Assembly: GCA_965645245.1 (NCBI GenBank)
Contig: OZ287083.1
Location: forward strand, 310,001-374,000
Reading direction: 5' to 3'
DNA length: 64,000 bases
Origin: Massalongia carnosa
Taxonomy: Eukaryota
Positions 21,871 through 34,219 of this stretch are shown piece by piece (the stretch's first letter is position 1; each line of letters starts with the position of its first letter). A program made the position numbers and the translations under genes. The notes under the pieces are model-generated. The model had not been told where the DNA came from. It saw only the letters and a program-made list of their open reading frames with translations, and searched no databases.

Positions 21871-24225
21871 CAGACACAATGACGGTTCGGGGATTCTTTC
21901 ATATTCGTCTAGGAGAACACATACTCGGATGACGGACTTCTAGGAGTGGGGTTTCTTGCATATATAGGTATGCCTTTTTGCGGGATACCGCTCGATGGAT
22001 GGATAGATGCATGTATGCATTCGTTTCCTGTGTACCTAACGTCGACGACGATATTGTCAGATGAGTTGTTCATAATGTCCTGATATACACCGAGTGTATG
22101 TATCGTACCTGTATATATAGGTATTCACGGGATAGATTAAAATACTTAGTACGGATACTCATAGTAATCATCCACCATCCTCTCTTTTTTTAAATATATC
22201 TATTATTTACCTATCATCCCATTCCCTTTTCTTCTCCCCTTTCGCCCCAAATACCTAGGCATGTATGCATGTATGCATACCAATTCTTCCCCCTCTTCCC
22301 ATTTCTTCCACTATTTTTTCCTCGACAAAAGACGAAAGAAGAAGAAGAAGAAATCTTTCCTACGTAGGTAGGTATTCCCGCCCTCCTTCCTATCCCTTCT
22401 TCCCTAAAACAATCACGCATGGGGATTCCCCCGAATTCTCGACATAGATACAGATTTCAAAGCGGCGCCCCTCTGACGAATCTTCGGCTAGGTATCTATG
22501 TACCTAGTATTCTGTACCTACTCTATATATACGGAGTATGTATCTGTGTCTGTGTAGTTACTGTACCCTCTCTATGCTTCGCTTACTAGTTCTGTAGCAA
22601 GATCGTCTCTTGCCCTCCCCCGCCCTCGCTCGCTCACTCATACTCACTGACTCACTGGGAAAAAGTGCGGTCCCCGGATCCAGGTTGAACTGAATTTTAA
22701 TTTCTCTCCCATGGCTTTGGATGAACGGCAGCCTTTAAAAGAGCCTTTGGAAAGGGAAGGAAAAGACTGAAGGTGACGTGTACCGATGATTTTGGCAAAG
22801 CGGTGGAGAAACGTATAAGTCTGGACAGATTTGATCGGATAATGTAGTGGATCAAGATCAGGCTCAGTTTCCAATGTCGTTAATTTTGTGATTTCTTGTT
22901 TTTGATTAGGTTGGAATGGATGGATTAGATTGAAACGGGGTAGGATAGCGAGGTGCCGCTTGACCAGAATTCGCGTGTAACAGCCAGATCTCAGCGCCTG
23001 AGGATAGTTGAGGTGGAGCAGGTGAATATTGGATAGACATTATCAAAGATATGCTCTAGCTTAGAAATGCTTTCGTTCTATTTTCAAGAACATCGACCAC
23101 AAAATCCGGGTTAAAGAGATTTTTTATCCGTAGAGTAATCCAACTCTCAGAGCACGGTAAATAGACGTTCTTTTTCTTCTCACCTGATCCTTCACAAAGC
23201 CTGGCTACTGCTAAGACTCAACGGTCTCAGAGTCGATCCACATTGGTCGTAGCTAGTGAGAACAGATTCCACTTGTCTCCTTTACGCCTCTTTCAAATGT
23301 GTCCATCCTTCCGCCAAACCCAGCTTCCAGGTCCTTCACATACCTTCCATCCCTTCTTCAACTATTCTACGTCTCCAAGAGGTCCGTAGAATACAGGCCT
23401 AATCCCTAGGCAGGTAATTCCAAATTTGGCCAGCTCTAAAGCTCATCCGAGTGGGGTGATATTATATTGCGTTCCTAGAGTACCATATTGTACGATACTG
23501 GAAGACCCAACCTCAGTCTTGTTTTTAGACTCTTTTCGCCTGAATGCTGCTTTGATAACGCAATGAAAATCCTCAAGGAACGATTCTACGGGACTCGATA
23601 ACACGTAATTGACGACTTGATTGGAAATTGCTAGAAAGCGAACTCGTTTAAGATAGCTAAGTCTTCTGCTCGCCACGCTGCGAACAGCTAGTTACAGCGT
23701 CTTCCTAATAATAAATAAACCAGCGGAATCACCTTCGCGCGATATGGAGTTTTTTGTCGTCCGAGTACTAAGATGAGCACTCCTTAAGCGTAGTCAAGGC
23801 TCAGTAGAGTAAAATGGAAGATTTGGCTTGCACGGTCACTCCAAGTCCAAGAATAAGAAAGTACCAACCACAGAAAAGCGAACATATGACCGTCGTGCTG
23901 AAAACCTTGAGGTTAAAACAAATCAGAATGAACTATATCTTTACAATGGGTTTTTCGGCCATGGCCCTAGCAGCATATCAAGAGAATTATTCTTTTCATG
24001 TTCCAGCAAAAGCCTCAGCTGTCAAGAATCACCTTGCTTACCTCGTAAGCTTTAGGTTGTGAGATTGTATGTGATTTGAATTGGGTAGAATTTAACCATT
24101 TAGGGAAATTTTGACAGTAGATTCAGGCATGCCGGACTTGTAGAGGGCAAGTACATACCACTATCCGCCGGCTGCCACTTGCGTGACTGGGGCCGCAGAA
24201 ATCAGTTCTTCAGCCATTAAACCAA

Positions 24226-25495
24226 TCATGCCGATGAGTTGAGCTGCAACTCCTTTTCAAGGTCGGCCCACCTACCGCTTCGTATTACGTCCACTTTTTG
24301 CAATTCGACGATCCAATTCCTAATTTGATCTTCTTGAGCAGGCCAGCGATGACTCAATTTCTTATATAACTTTGAGAGTTGGAGTAGAGACTGATATATC
24401 CATTTGCAGTCTTCAGCACCGTCTTGCATTTCCAATATTTTTTCAATCTCGCTCCCAAGATAAGCTAATATCTCTTCAGATGTGAGATCGGAAATTATAG
24501 ATATAATAGGCGCTCTGGGTTCTAAGTTATCCATTAAGCACTGGTGATAGAACCAAAGAGATTGGTCATATGGATCAGTATACAAGGCTCGCTGAATGAG
24601 GTTAAGCTCTGCAAAGACATCAACATTACTTATGACCTTCCGAGCTACGTTTCTAGTACACACCTTTCTCAAAGAATGCTCTTCGTTCCCCGGAGTCTGC
24701 CTTCCGCTCATTCAAGATCTCTGGGATAAGCTTGCTTCGACTGTGCCAGGCTGAGAAGTTGGACAGGTTTGATTCAATCATCCGAGTTGTATAATGGAGT
24801 TCCTGTTCAGCCACAACTTTGGGCGAATCGCCCACTTCTAGGGGATGATCTTTCAGCGCCACTATGATCATTCTCCGATAACCCCAGCCATGAAAATTTC
24901 GGCTGTCCAAGCTCAGCATCTTACCTACCAGGCCCAGTTCCTCTTGCCAAAACTTGTAAGAGTCGATAGCCGGGAGCTGTCGAGATGTCTCTTCGAGAAG
25001 CCATCTACGGTATTCCCATATCCAGTAGCATTTCGGATACTGGCGGAGGAGAGGAATGAGGAAATTGAGATCGTTGGCAACAAGTTGTACAAGTGCTCGA
25101 GCCGGCTGAGATTCCCCTGCCTTAACTTGTTGGGAGGGGTGATCTACAGAATCCTCAGATAGCTGATATTTCATAACCAAGCGGCGATGATTCCATATTG
25201 TGTAATATTCAGGATTCTCGGTCAATAGTCTAGAAGTCAAGTTCAATACCTCGAGAGTGAAGTGCTGTTCTCGAATCTAGATAATGATGAGAAGCAGCTC
25301 AAGGAATAGACTGAACACAGTTCACCTCAGCATTTATAGTTTCGACTATTGTCTTATATCTGCGAATTTTCCGTAGCTCTCTACTACGAGCTTGTTCTGA
25401 AAGGGGCTTAACACCGCTACCTCTGGGGATACCATGCTGAAACTCTCATCAACAAATATTACCCAAGGAAGATGTCGACACCTTACGCTAGCCAT
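24226..25495 (-). CDS. BET4: Rab geranylgeranyltransferase (type II) alpha subunit, 371 aa
   Basis: Exons 25495-25487, 25436-25326, 25276-24664, 24608-24226. N-terminus MASHGIPR. PPTA repeats NPEYYTIWNHRR, PKCYWIWEYRRW, DSRNFHGWGYRR, NLSNFSAWHSR, DPYDQSLWFYHQ. Confidence 0.92.
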
Positions 25496-25853
25496 TGTAA
25501 GAAGTACCGCAAGTGAGGCACCTTTATGAGTGAAAATTATTTGGTAATAACATAAAAGGCTTTTAGCCAACTTGATGAAATACCACGGTCGGACATAAAC
25601 ATCGGAGTTATCGGCAAAAAGGCGCTCGATTATTCATCGTCTATCACCTAGTTAAGTTAGTTTATGCACGCTTATTCCTGACCTCTCTTTCTCTTTTTAA
25701 TAGCTTCAATCTTAGCAACATGCGTCATCACGCCACACGTTTCTATCCTTAACGTGTATTATAGATACCAATATCATCAGTTTTTTGCCGCAGCTGGTCT
25801 TCTGTCACTCGCTAGCATCAGTTACTTGTCTTTCACTCTCTTTTCTCTCAGTA

Positions 25854-28704
25854 ATGGCAGAATTGGTGTCTGTCCCACAAAAAGAAACGCTCAACTCTCC
25901 AGTTTTATCCTACTCAATACGTTCTCGTGTACTTTCTAGTTCTTCCTTTTGGCCGACTAATCAGCCACGCGATCTTCGTTCTCCAGGCTATCGGAAGGAT
26001 TCAGCTCGCACTGAACCCTTCCCTATAGCGCTTCCATCTCCTCCTCTTTCTGAAAGTGAGAAATCCAGTTCGCCTAAGTTTAGTTTCCGTTATATCAACC
26101 GGGCTCAAGCTTCGCGATCGTTGTCTGATACCTCGCCCGTAAATTTCTATTCGGCAGTTTCCTGTGTCCAAAACAGCAGCGAAGCAGATGGCATTTCCTT
26201 CCCATCTTCTCCTTATGTTGATGAATGCAACGAGCTTATATCACAAGCTGAACTCATTCAAAAAATAGACTCGTTTCCTTTTCCTGTTCAGCCTACAACT
26301 TACCAAGAGTGTAGCATAAGTAGTATAGCGAAGGATCAAAAGAGCAAAAAACAGACAAAAAGATATTTCAATACTGTAACAACCCCCTTCACTCCGCCGT
26401 CCACTCCAGATCGCTACATTTCGAGTCGAGATGCATCCCAGTCACCACTCAAAAAATTTCGTTTGAGTAAATCTCCGGACAAATTGTCGGTAACGGAGAG
26501 GCTTCTACGCCAACATTCGACCATGCTAGACCCCTTCAGCTCAGCGTTTTCAACACAAGTTAGAGGGGATAGACCAAATTTACTCTTTGATGTAAGAAGC
26601 CCAAATCTGGTTCGAACTGGGGCAATAAGTGGTGCAAGTGTACTCGGTGTTTCACGGGACCATCCTTCAATCCAAAGTAGAGGTGCCAGCATAGGCGCAG
26701 TGTGGAACGTGGGTGGCAGCTCGGCGACCACCTCTTCGGGTCCCATCCAAGGAATAACTGATGGTAGAGGAGGGATGATCGGAAGTGGTACGAATGCGCC
26801 AATGTATACATCAAATTTTTTGCACGGACGTTCGTTTGCACAGGATCACGACCGTCTCGAAGGTCGAATTGCTATCGCTCTTGATATTAACCAGACAAGC
26901 AGGATCTTAAATACATCTCAACCGGCAGAACGTGGAAGGAGGGTGAACGTAGATCATGTTGGAACTAAACGGAAGCCACTCTCCTTAGAGCCTCGGACCC
27001 AATGGATTGACGGGGAATGGGTCCGAGAAGATACACCATCACGTATGTACCCAAAGTTCCAAAGGTTTTGATTAAAAAAGGAGGAGGAGTGACCTGCATC
27101 AATAAAGGAGATGGGCTCTATTTGGCTTAAGTTGCGAATAATATTGTGATCAAAAGTTGCTAACATTCTATCGCCAGCTACAAGAAAGACTCGAAAAGCA
27201 GAAGTGAGATCCGTTCCTACCACCCCCTTTAGATAGGTGTTCATGCTTTCTTTGAAAATAGCCCTATCTAATGTAAAGTACAGTGTTGGACGCACCTCAG
27301 CTTCGAGATGATTTCTATTGTTCTGTTCTTGCTTATTGCCATACTGCTCGTACTCTTGCTGTTGGTCTCAGAAATAACGTATATCTATGGTCTGAATCCT
27401 TTGGGGTGCAAGTTCCTCAGATGGAAGAAGCGAGTGGTCAGGAGACATATGTCAGTTCATTGTCCTTTTCATCTGTCGAAGCCGGCCACAGCATTCTAGC
27501 TATTGGTCGGAACAATGGTCGGGTTAATCTCTGGAGCTTGTACGACGAACATGGGACAAGATTCCATGCCAAGCAGCCTAGCGCCATTTCTTGTGTTGCT
27601 TTCAAGCCAGTTGCCACTCGAAGACCGTCAGAGCGGTTTGGATCGCCCGTTTTTATGGAAGATCTTCTTGTTGGAGACGAATCTGGAATGGTCAACTACT
27701 ACTCAGTTGAATGGATGAGTAATCAACAAGTTGATATTCATGGCTGGCAGGGCGCCATGAACCTCATCGCAAAGATCAATGTGCATCATCAACAGATCTG
27801 TGGACTTGCATGGTCACATGATGGGGAGTATTTCGCCACTGGAGCGAACGACAATCTGTGCTGTCTTTTTGAAGTCAAGGATATCTTGACTCCACCCAAT
27901 CAACACTTTGGTCAAGCGGAGCCTCCAAGAGAACCTCATTTGACGGCTCGCTTTGAATTTCAAAACTCACTGCCTAGTTCCGCGATGGCATCGAAACCAA
28001 TGAGCTTTAGGAGACTCAATCCTCAAGCCCTTGAATATGTACAGACTTTGTCAGGTTACACCGGCTCAAGCGATCTACCAATCATCCGTAGAAAGAGCAT
28101 TCTTGGCCACCATGGAATTCTAGAAATCTCAGAAGGCCGACAAAAACACAAGTGGATTCATAGTGCAGCTATCAAAGCAATTGCGTTTTGTCCTTGGCAA
28201 CGTGGCCTTTTGGCCACTGGAGGCGGTACTAATGATCGCGCCATTCACTTCTATCATACTTTCTCTGGAGCATGCCTTGCCACCATTGACGTGCAAGCAC
28301 AGGTGACATCCTTAATCTGGTCCACAAGCCGTCGAGAAATTGCCGCAACGTTTGGGTACGCGCAACCAGACCACCCCTATCGCATTGCGGTTTTTTCCTG
28401 GCCGGACTGTAAACAAGTTGTAGCCATCCCCTGGGGGACCGACATGCGCGCCCTCCTCGCCATCCCTTACCCTGGCGGGCCTAACGAAGTAAGCCGGCAG
28501 GTAGGCGAAGGGGGAACTTGGTGGAGCCGGACCTCGGAGGAAGGGTGCATTGTTGTAGCATGTTCGGATGAATCGGTAAAGTTCCACGAGGTTTGGAGCG
28601 GGGCGGGGAAGGCTACAGGGGGGCACATTGGGTTGCTCGGTGGCAGCGATATCCTCGAGGGACTTGAAGGGATCGACAAGGAGGGAACGGATGTCATTCG
28701 CTGA
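25854..28704 (+). CDS. AMA1: Cdc20/Fizzy-family APC/C activator, AMA1-like (meiosis/sporulation type), 888 aa
   Basis: Exons 25854-27042, 27178-27232, 27282-28704 (intron 1 GT-AG; intron 2 AT-AC, see findings). C-box DRYIS, PFRVLDAPQLRDDFY, WD40 motifs QQICGLAWS, HSAAIKAIAFCPW, LATGGGTNDRAIHF, C-terminal IR tail (DVIR). The long insertions are typical of the Ama1 clade rather than Cdc20/Cdh1. Confidence 0.85.
27233..27281 (+). other. Non-canonical AT-AC intron (49 nt, U2-type signals)
   Basis: TTT AG|ATAGGT...CTAAT gtaaagTAC|A GTG TTG GAC restores F-R-V-L-D. No GT-AG or GC-AG pair gives this frame without the in-frame TAG at 27234. Confidence 0.75.
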
Positions 28705-30600
28705 AGCTATTTGTTTTCCCTTCTTTACTTATTTACTAGTTTTTCGTGACTTTGGTCAGTTGAGGAGTTGATCGTTAGACGTTTGGTCCAAGCGAATCGT
28801 CTCCTTAATATCGGGGAGCGGAAGGGAGTTGGGGCACTTTTATCATTATCCTATCCTTTACAGGAAGCGTTGCATCGATTTACAGAAATTTTCGTGATTA
28901 GAACTCCCTATTGCTTTCATGAATTTTTACGTACTGAAACTCATCCCCACTTCTAATACCTAACATTAACGATCTTGATCAGCCACACCAACAGAAAACA
29001 TAATTGGCATATCCATAAGCAAAGTATTCCTAATTTCTACGTTCACTCTCTCTTCTCTTCATACTTTCTCGCTTGCCGTAGTCCTACCATATCGAATTAG
29101 ACCTTGAAGGAATGTGCTTTTTTCTTTCATCCCCAGATAATCAGATCTTTTTCACAGAACAACAAGCGCGGCTATCTGTGGAGACCTAGGGAACAATAGA
29201 TTACTGAAGATTTTTGTTCACGAAGATGGCATCGGGAACTGAAAAAGGGAAATGGCACACGGTAGAACCCCGAGATTGGGAAAAGAATTCGACGTGATGT
29301 ACCAGTCAATCTTTCCAAAATTCACGTGCTTCCTCAACCCTTCAGTCCTTCCACCTCGTGTCCAATGCTTTCCGACGTTTAACTTCAATGCGTTTTGGCC
29401 GTGATCCTTAGCACTCCTGGAGAAAGAATCAAGGATCTGAGGAGAAGAAAGTTGAACGATTACCTTCTAGGGCTCCTAGACACTCATATAGACATATCCT
29501 ACCACTATCATGGGGCTGATGGCAGTAGAAGCTGTTGGATTATTTTGTGCCACTATTCAGGGGCCTCGGAGATATGGAGAGAGTTGCGATGCTGGTAGCC
29601 TATACTTAGGCTGCGTACATTTAACTTTTCTATGCTAGAAAATACCCGGCGTCTGAGTAGAGGAGATGAGTTTATATCAAACTGCTTAGGATATTCTCTG
29701 AACTAATACCAATCATGATGAACAAACTTTTGAACATCGTGGACTTGGTTAAGAAAAATGCTGCAGGAAATTAGGCTTAAGATTGTAAGATCTTGAAAGA
29801 TAATGAGAAAATATGAGAATGACAGGGAAGACGATGATAGTTGGCTTTTTCTATTATCATTGTTACAGACAAGTGAGACTTCTTTTCAAGAGAACCAGTA
29901 ATCTTGAAACTGAACAGGGCACACCGGTTCACGCAGATCGCCTGCCAGGAGTGATGGCGGTCAGTTCTCATACCTGTATTCTCATTCATGAACATTTCAG
30001 CACAAGCTTAGATTAGTTTGAGCTTTCTCGAGGCTTCTGTCGGATTGAAAGATAATAGCACCCACATGTGCAATCTTTACCCAAGTCAGGTTCCTGAAGA
30101 ATCCCTCGAATGAAATTCGCCTTCTGATTGTCATGACTTAAGCATCTTGATAGAGCATCTACCTAATAACAAAACTTCTTGAAGTATTCGTCAAAGAAAT
30201 TCGTTTTTTGAGTAAATCGTAACATCAAATCCTTAGATGTATAATTGTAAGTCAGAGTTGCCTTCAAGAAACGCGCTGCACTTAGAATCAATTTCTCGAT
30301 TGTTGAAAGGAGACTGAAGATAACTGAAACACAGCCTCTTTTTGAGATGGAAAGCTATATGTTGAGGGTCTCACAGAATAATCCTTGGATGTAAGTCCGC
30401 TGTACAGAGTAGAGTACATACTATGTACACACCTGCGCCGAGGCCTTTCGAATGTAGCTAGCTCCAGTATTAGCACGCACACATTAAACTGCTAACCGAA
30501 AATCATCAAGCCAAAAGACATCAAGAGCTAACACAACCGTCGACTTCCTCCCTCGACCCATTATCGACTCCTCCATCTCGACAACCCTCCACCCGTTAAG

Positions 30601-31685
30601 ATGAAGCTCAACATTTCCTACCCAGCCAATGGTACGCAAAAATTGATAGAGATCGAAGATGAGCGTAAGCTTCGCGTCTTCATGGACCGCCGTATGGGCG
30701 CCGAAGTTCCCGCCGACAGCGTCGGCCCTGAGTTCGCTGGCTACGTCTTCAAAATTACCGGTGGCAACGATAAGCAAGGCTTCCCCATGAAGCAAGGTAT
30801 CATGCATCCAACGCGTGTCCGCCTGCTACTTAGTGACGGCCACTCTTGCTATCGGCCCCGTCGCTCGGGTGAGCGCAAGCGTAAGAGCGTGAGGGGCTGC
30901 ATCGTGGCGATGGATTTGAGCGTGCTGGCACTCAGCGTGGTCAAGCAGGGCGAGGGTGAGCTGCCGGGGTTGACGGATACGGTGCATCCTAAGCGGTTGG
31001 GACCGAAGCGTGCGACACGGATTCGGAGATTTTTCAAGCTGAGCAAGGACGACGATGTAGGTTTCATCTCTCATGCAAACAACGTTTACAATAACCATTT
31101 CGGCTGAGGAGTCGGATATGAAACATTGGCTCCCCAAGTCCTGTCACGCTTCCATATTCTCCAAATACCCTTAACTAATCCTATATACTCGCCCTAGGTC
31201 CGCAAATTTGTCATCCGCCGCGAAGTCCAGCCCAAAACCGAAGGCAAAAAACCCTATACCAAAGCTCCCAAAATCCAACGCCTCGTGACCCCTCAACGCC
31301 TGCAACATAAGCGTCATCGCATTGCGCTCAAGCGCCGCCAATCCGAAGCGGTTAAGGACGCCGCAGTACGTTCTGTCCCTTTACCATATGCATTTGCATC
31401 CTTTATGTGTTACGAAAGAAATAGAGAGACAGATATGTAAGGGTTCGGGCAAGCTGATAATTGGCGTTTTAGAATGAATACGCCGCCATCCTTGCCAAAC
31501 GCGTGAACGAGGAAAAGAACAAGAAGACTGAGCTGCGCAGTACGTTCCCTTTCATATCCCCGTTCTATTTTCTTCCCACAATCCCACCCAAAGTAACCAA
31601 AACCACAACCATCGGCATTGGCTAAACTCAGCCGCTAACCCAAACCGGAAAAACAGAGCGACGAGCATCATCGATGCGGAAGTAG
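30601..31685 (+). CDS. RPS6: 40S ribosomal protein S6 (eS6), 239 aa
   Basis: Exons 30601-31056, 31198-31365, 31473-31539, 31657-31685. [36 protein letters not shown]-terminal KRRASSMRK phospho-tail. Confidence 0.97.
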
Positions 31686-32095
31686 GGCAAGGCCGAGAGC
31701 GGAGGAATGTGCGGAAGGAGGGGAGTTAAGGGTTGAGAGGAAATGTCTGTAGCTTGCGAGGGATGGGATAGGGTTGTTGTGGAATGGAATGAAAGGGAGC
31801 TAGACTTTAAAAGTAAGATTGACCTACCGGAAAGTTTATGCAGGAGAAGCGAACTGGCGTTATTCCCCTCCCTCCTCCATGTTCGTAGGAAGCTTCCATT
31901 AAAATCCCGCCGCCCTCTTCTGTTACCCTAACGCATATATTTTTCTAACCGATAGAACATTGAAAATATTAGCCGCGGCGTGGAAAGCTATATAGGAACG
32001 CGTATTTCTATATGGCATGTCTAAGAACTCCTGCAAAATCTATAATGTCTATCATTCCATGCATTCACCCCACGCGATACCCATCAGATCGACCC

Positions 32096-33984
32096 TCAAT
32101 CCATCCACCTCCTCAGGCCCTTCAGCCTCTCCTTCGCCGCCTCCAGCACGTCGTCGTCCTTGCAAACCGCGAAACGGAGATAATCCTGCGCCAGGTGGGC
32201 GTTGGCGCGGGTGTAAAACTCCGAGGGCGGGATGGCGGCCACGCCGAGCTCCATGATAAGAAACCAGCTGAGTTGGAAGTCGCGCGGCCGGGAGGCGACG
32301 TGGGGGGGGAAAGTGTAGGTGGCGGGGAGGGTGATGCGGGAGAGGTTGACGAGGACGAAGTAGCCGCCTTGGGGGGTGGAGTACTGTTGTTTTTGTTCTG
32401 TAAACGAAGGTTTTTTTTTCGGGGAGGGAGGTAGGGGTTGGAAGGAAGGGGGGTTTCTTTTTTAGTAAGGGCTGAGAGGGGGGGGACTAGTACAGGCAGA
32501 CCCAATTCGTCAAAAACTTCGCAAAAGCGTTTCATCTTCCCCTGCATCTCGCGCTTGCTGTCTTCCCAAAAGCCAAGCTCATCCGCGCGCTCGAAGCCCA
32601 CGGCTGCGGCCTCCTGCAGCGGGCTGACGGTGCTGTAGCAGATGCGCGTGTGCGCCGCCGAGACGTATTTGATCAGGTGCTCAGGCCCGATCAGCCATCC
32701 GACGCGCCAGCCGGTGGCGTAGAAGCTTTTGCCCGCGGAGCCGACAGTCAGGGTGAGGTTAGCGATTTCCGAGGTTAGGGCGCCGATACGGGTGAACGGG
32801 ACGTAGTGCAGGCGGTCGTAGACCTATTTGGGGGGGGGGGGGGGGGTTAGCACAGGCTAAGGGCGACGATGGGCTGGGGTTTTGGTACTTCGTCGGAGAG
32901 GATGATGATGTTATGTTTTACGCAAATATTTCCGATTGTTAGTAGCTCCTCTTTTGAGAATACTTTGCCTATGGGATTGTGGCTGCTACGTATTAGCTGC
33001 CAGAAGGCTTTTCAGAAAGGTTAATCATACGGAGTATTGAGGACCTAAATAGATCAAATCAGTAAAATGACTTCCAAGCAAATCGGCCAGAGCTCACAAT
33101 CATTCGAGTTTTCGGGCTGATTGCTTTCTCAAACAATTCCATATCCAGCGTCCAAGCAGCCGCGGAAGAGGTTCTTACGGCGCCGTGTTCTGGAGGCCGC
33201 AGTGGAACATATTTGACCGTCCCACCGGCCATTTCAATGTTGGGAAGATATCTGTTTGAAAGCATGAGTGAAGCAATCTGGAAGGCTCCTTTAGATACAC
33301 CTTACTGGTCGAAGAATGGCTCAAATACAATAACCTCGTCGCCTGGTTCCACGAAACCCATGAACGCGCTGAAGGTGCCCTCGTTCGCTCCTGTCGTAAT
33401 GACAACCTCGGTATCGGGGTTTATCGTCTTGTCGAAGAAAGGAGAGTAGGCATCTGCAATTGCCTTCTTCAGTCTCGGTCGTCCCTGAATGGCTATGAGC
33501 TCAATGGCCCCTTTGGCTCATTGCAGAAACGCGCCTTTGTCGGAGCGTACTGGTTACAATCGATCCTATCCAGCGCCTCCTTCGCAGCATCAAGCACATA
33601 TTTTGGAGGGTTATAGCCACTACGTCATGTGAGTATGGTCATTATATAGTGGAAGAGCGTAGCATACTCACAAAAAGCCCTGGCCCATGTTTATAAGAGG
33701 ATGTATCGGCGACGCCGCTGCTGCTTCGTTGACAATGGTCCTAGAGGTATTGGTATTAGCATTAGCAACTGCATTTTCCATGGCTTCTATATTTCGGTGG
33801 ATTGTGTAAGGTTCTAGGTAACTCACCAGACATCTTGCCTTTGACTCACAACTCGTTGTGCTGGCCGAAACGGATCCATTCTGGCAGATGTAGACGACAT
33901 GGTCCGAAAAGGTAGTTTTTGAAGTGCTTTGTGGCCCGGCACGCTGGAGAAGGCGCATATGTTTCGTTTTAGAACCGCCAACAT
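32096..33984 (-). CDS. BNA3: Kynurenine aminotransferase (class I/II PLP-dependent aminotransferase), 456 aa
   Basis: Exons 33984-33827, 33740-33672, 33619-33535, 33484-33306, 33251-33098, 33044-33031, 32982-32889, 32823-32494, 32383-32096. Motifs QDVW, NMGQGFFGYNPP, NQYAPTKGRPRL, VITTGANEG, VLNTPHNPIGKVF, ILSDEVY, SAGKSFYATGWRVG, LRFAVCK. Confidence 0.9.
32830..32846. repeat. G17 homopolymer (C17 between branch point and acceptor of a BNA3 intron)
   Basis: 17 consecutive G on the + strand. Confidence 0.9.
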
Positions 33985-34219
33985 GTCTGAATGATCACTC
34001 GTCTTCCGAAAACATCCATCGGTTAGCACTTGATGAACGGAAGACTAATCGCATCCCGCTGCGGATGCGGTCGACTCATATCTTTGTAATTGCATAAGCG
34101 TGCAGTCAAATAGAAGTTTGTGTTGACAGGGGGAAGGATGCTTGGTGCGCTATGAAGTTGGGAAAGGCCGTCATTTGTTCACTGGGTGGTCATGGCATCA
34201 AATCCAAGGGAGACTCATC

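Noticed and set aside
22530..22538. TACGGAGTA motif (also reverse complement at ~8583)
   Set aside because: A short motif common in filamentous-ascomycete intergenic DNA; no locus-specific meaning can be supported.
27234..27236. In-frame TAG in AMA1 as an A-to-I-edited premature stop followed by a GT intron at 27237
   Set aside because: A phase-0 donor at 27237 has no in-frame acceptor after the TAA at 27274, and it would insert a Trp into PFRVLD. The AT-AC intron gives the exact motif.
31057..31197. Possible intronic snoRNA in RPS6 intron 1 (contains CTGA)
   Set aside because: No box C (RTGATGA) and no recognisable rRNA guide. An Infernal/snoscan search would be needed.
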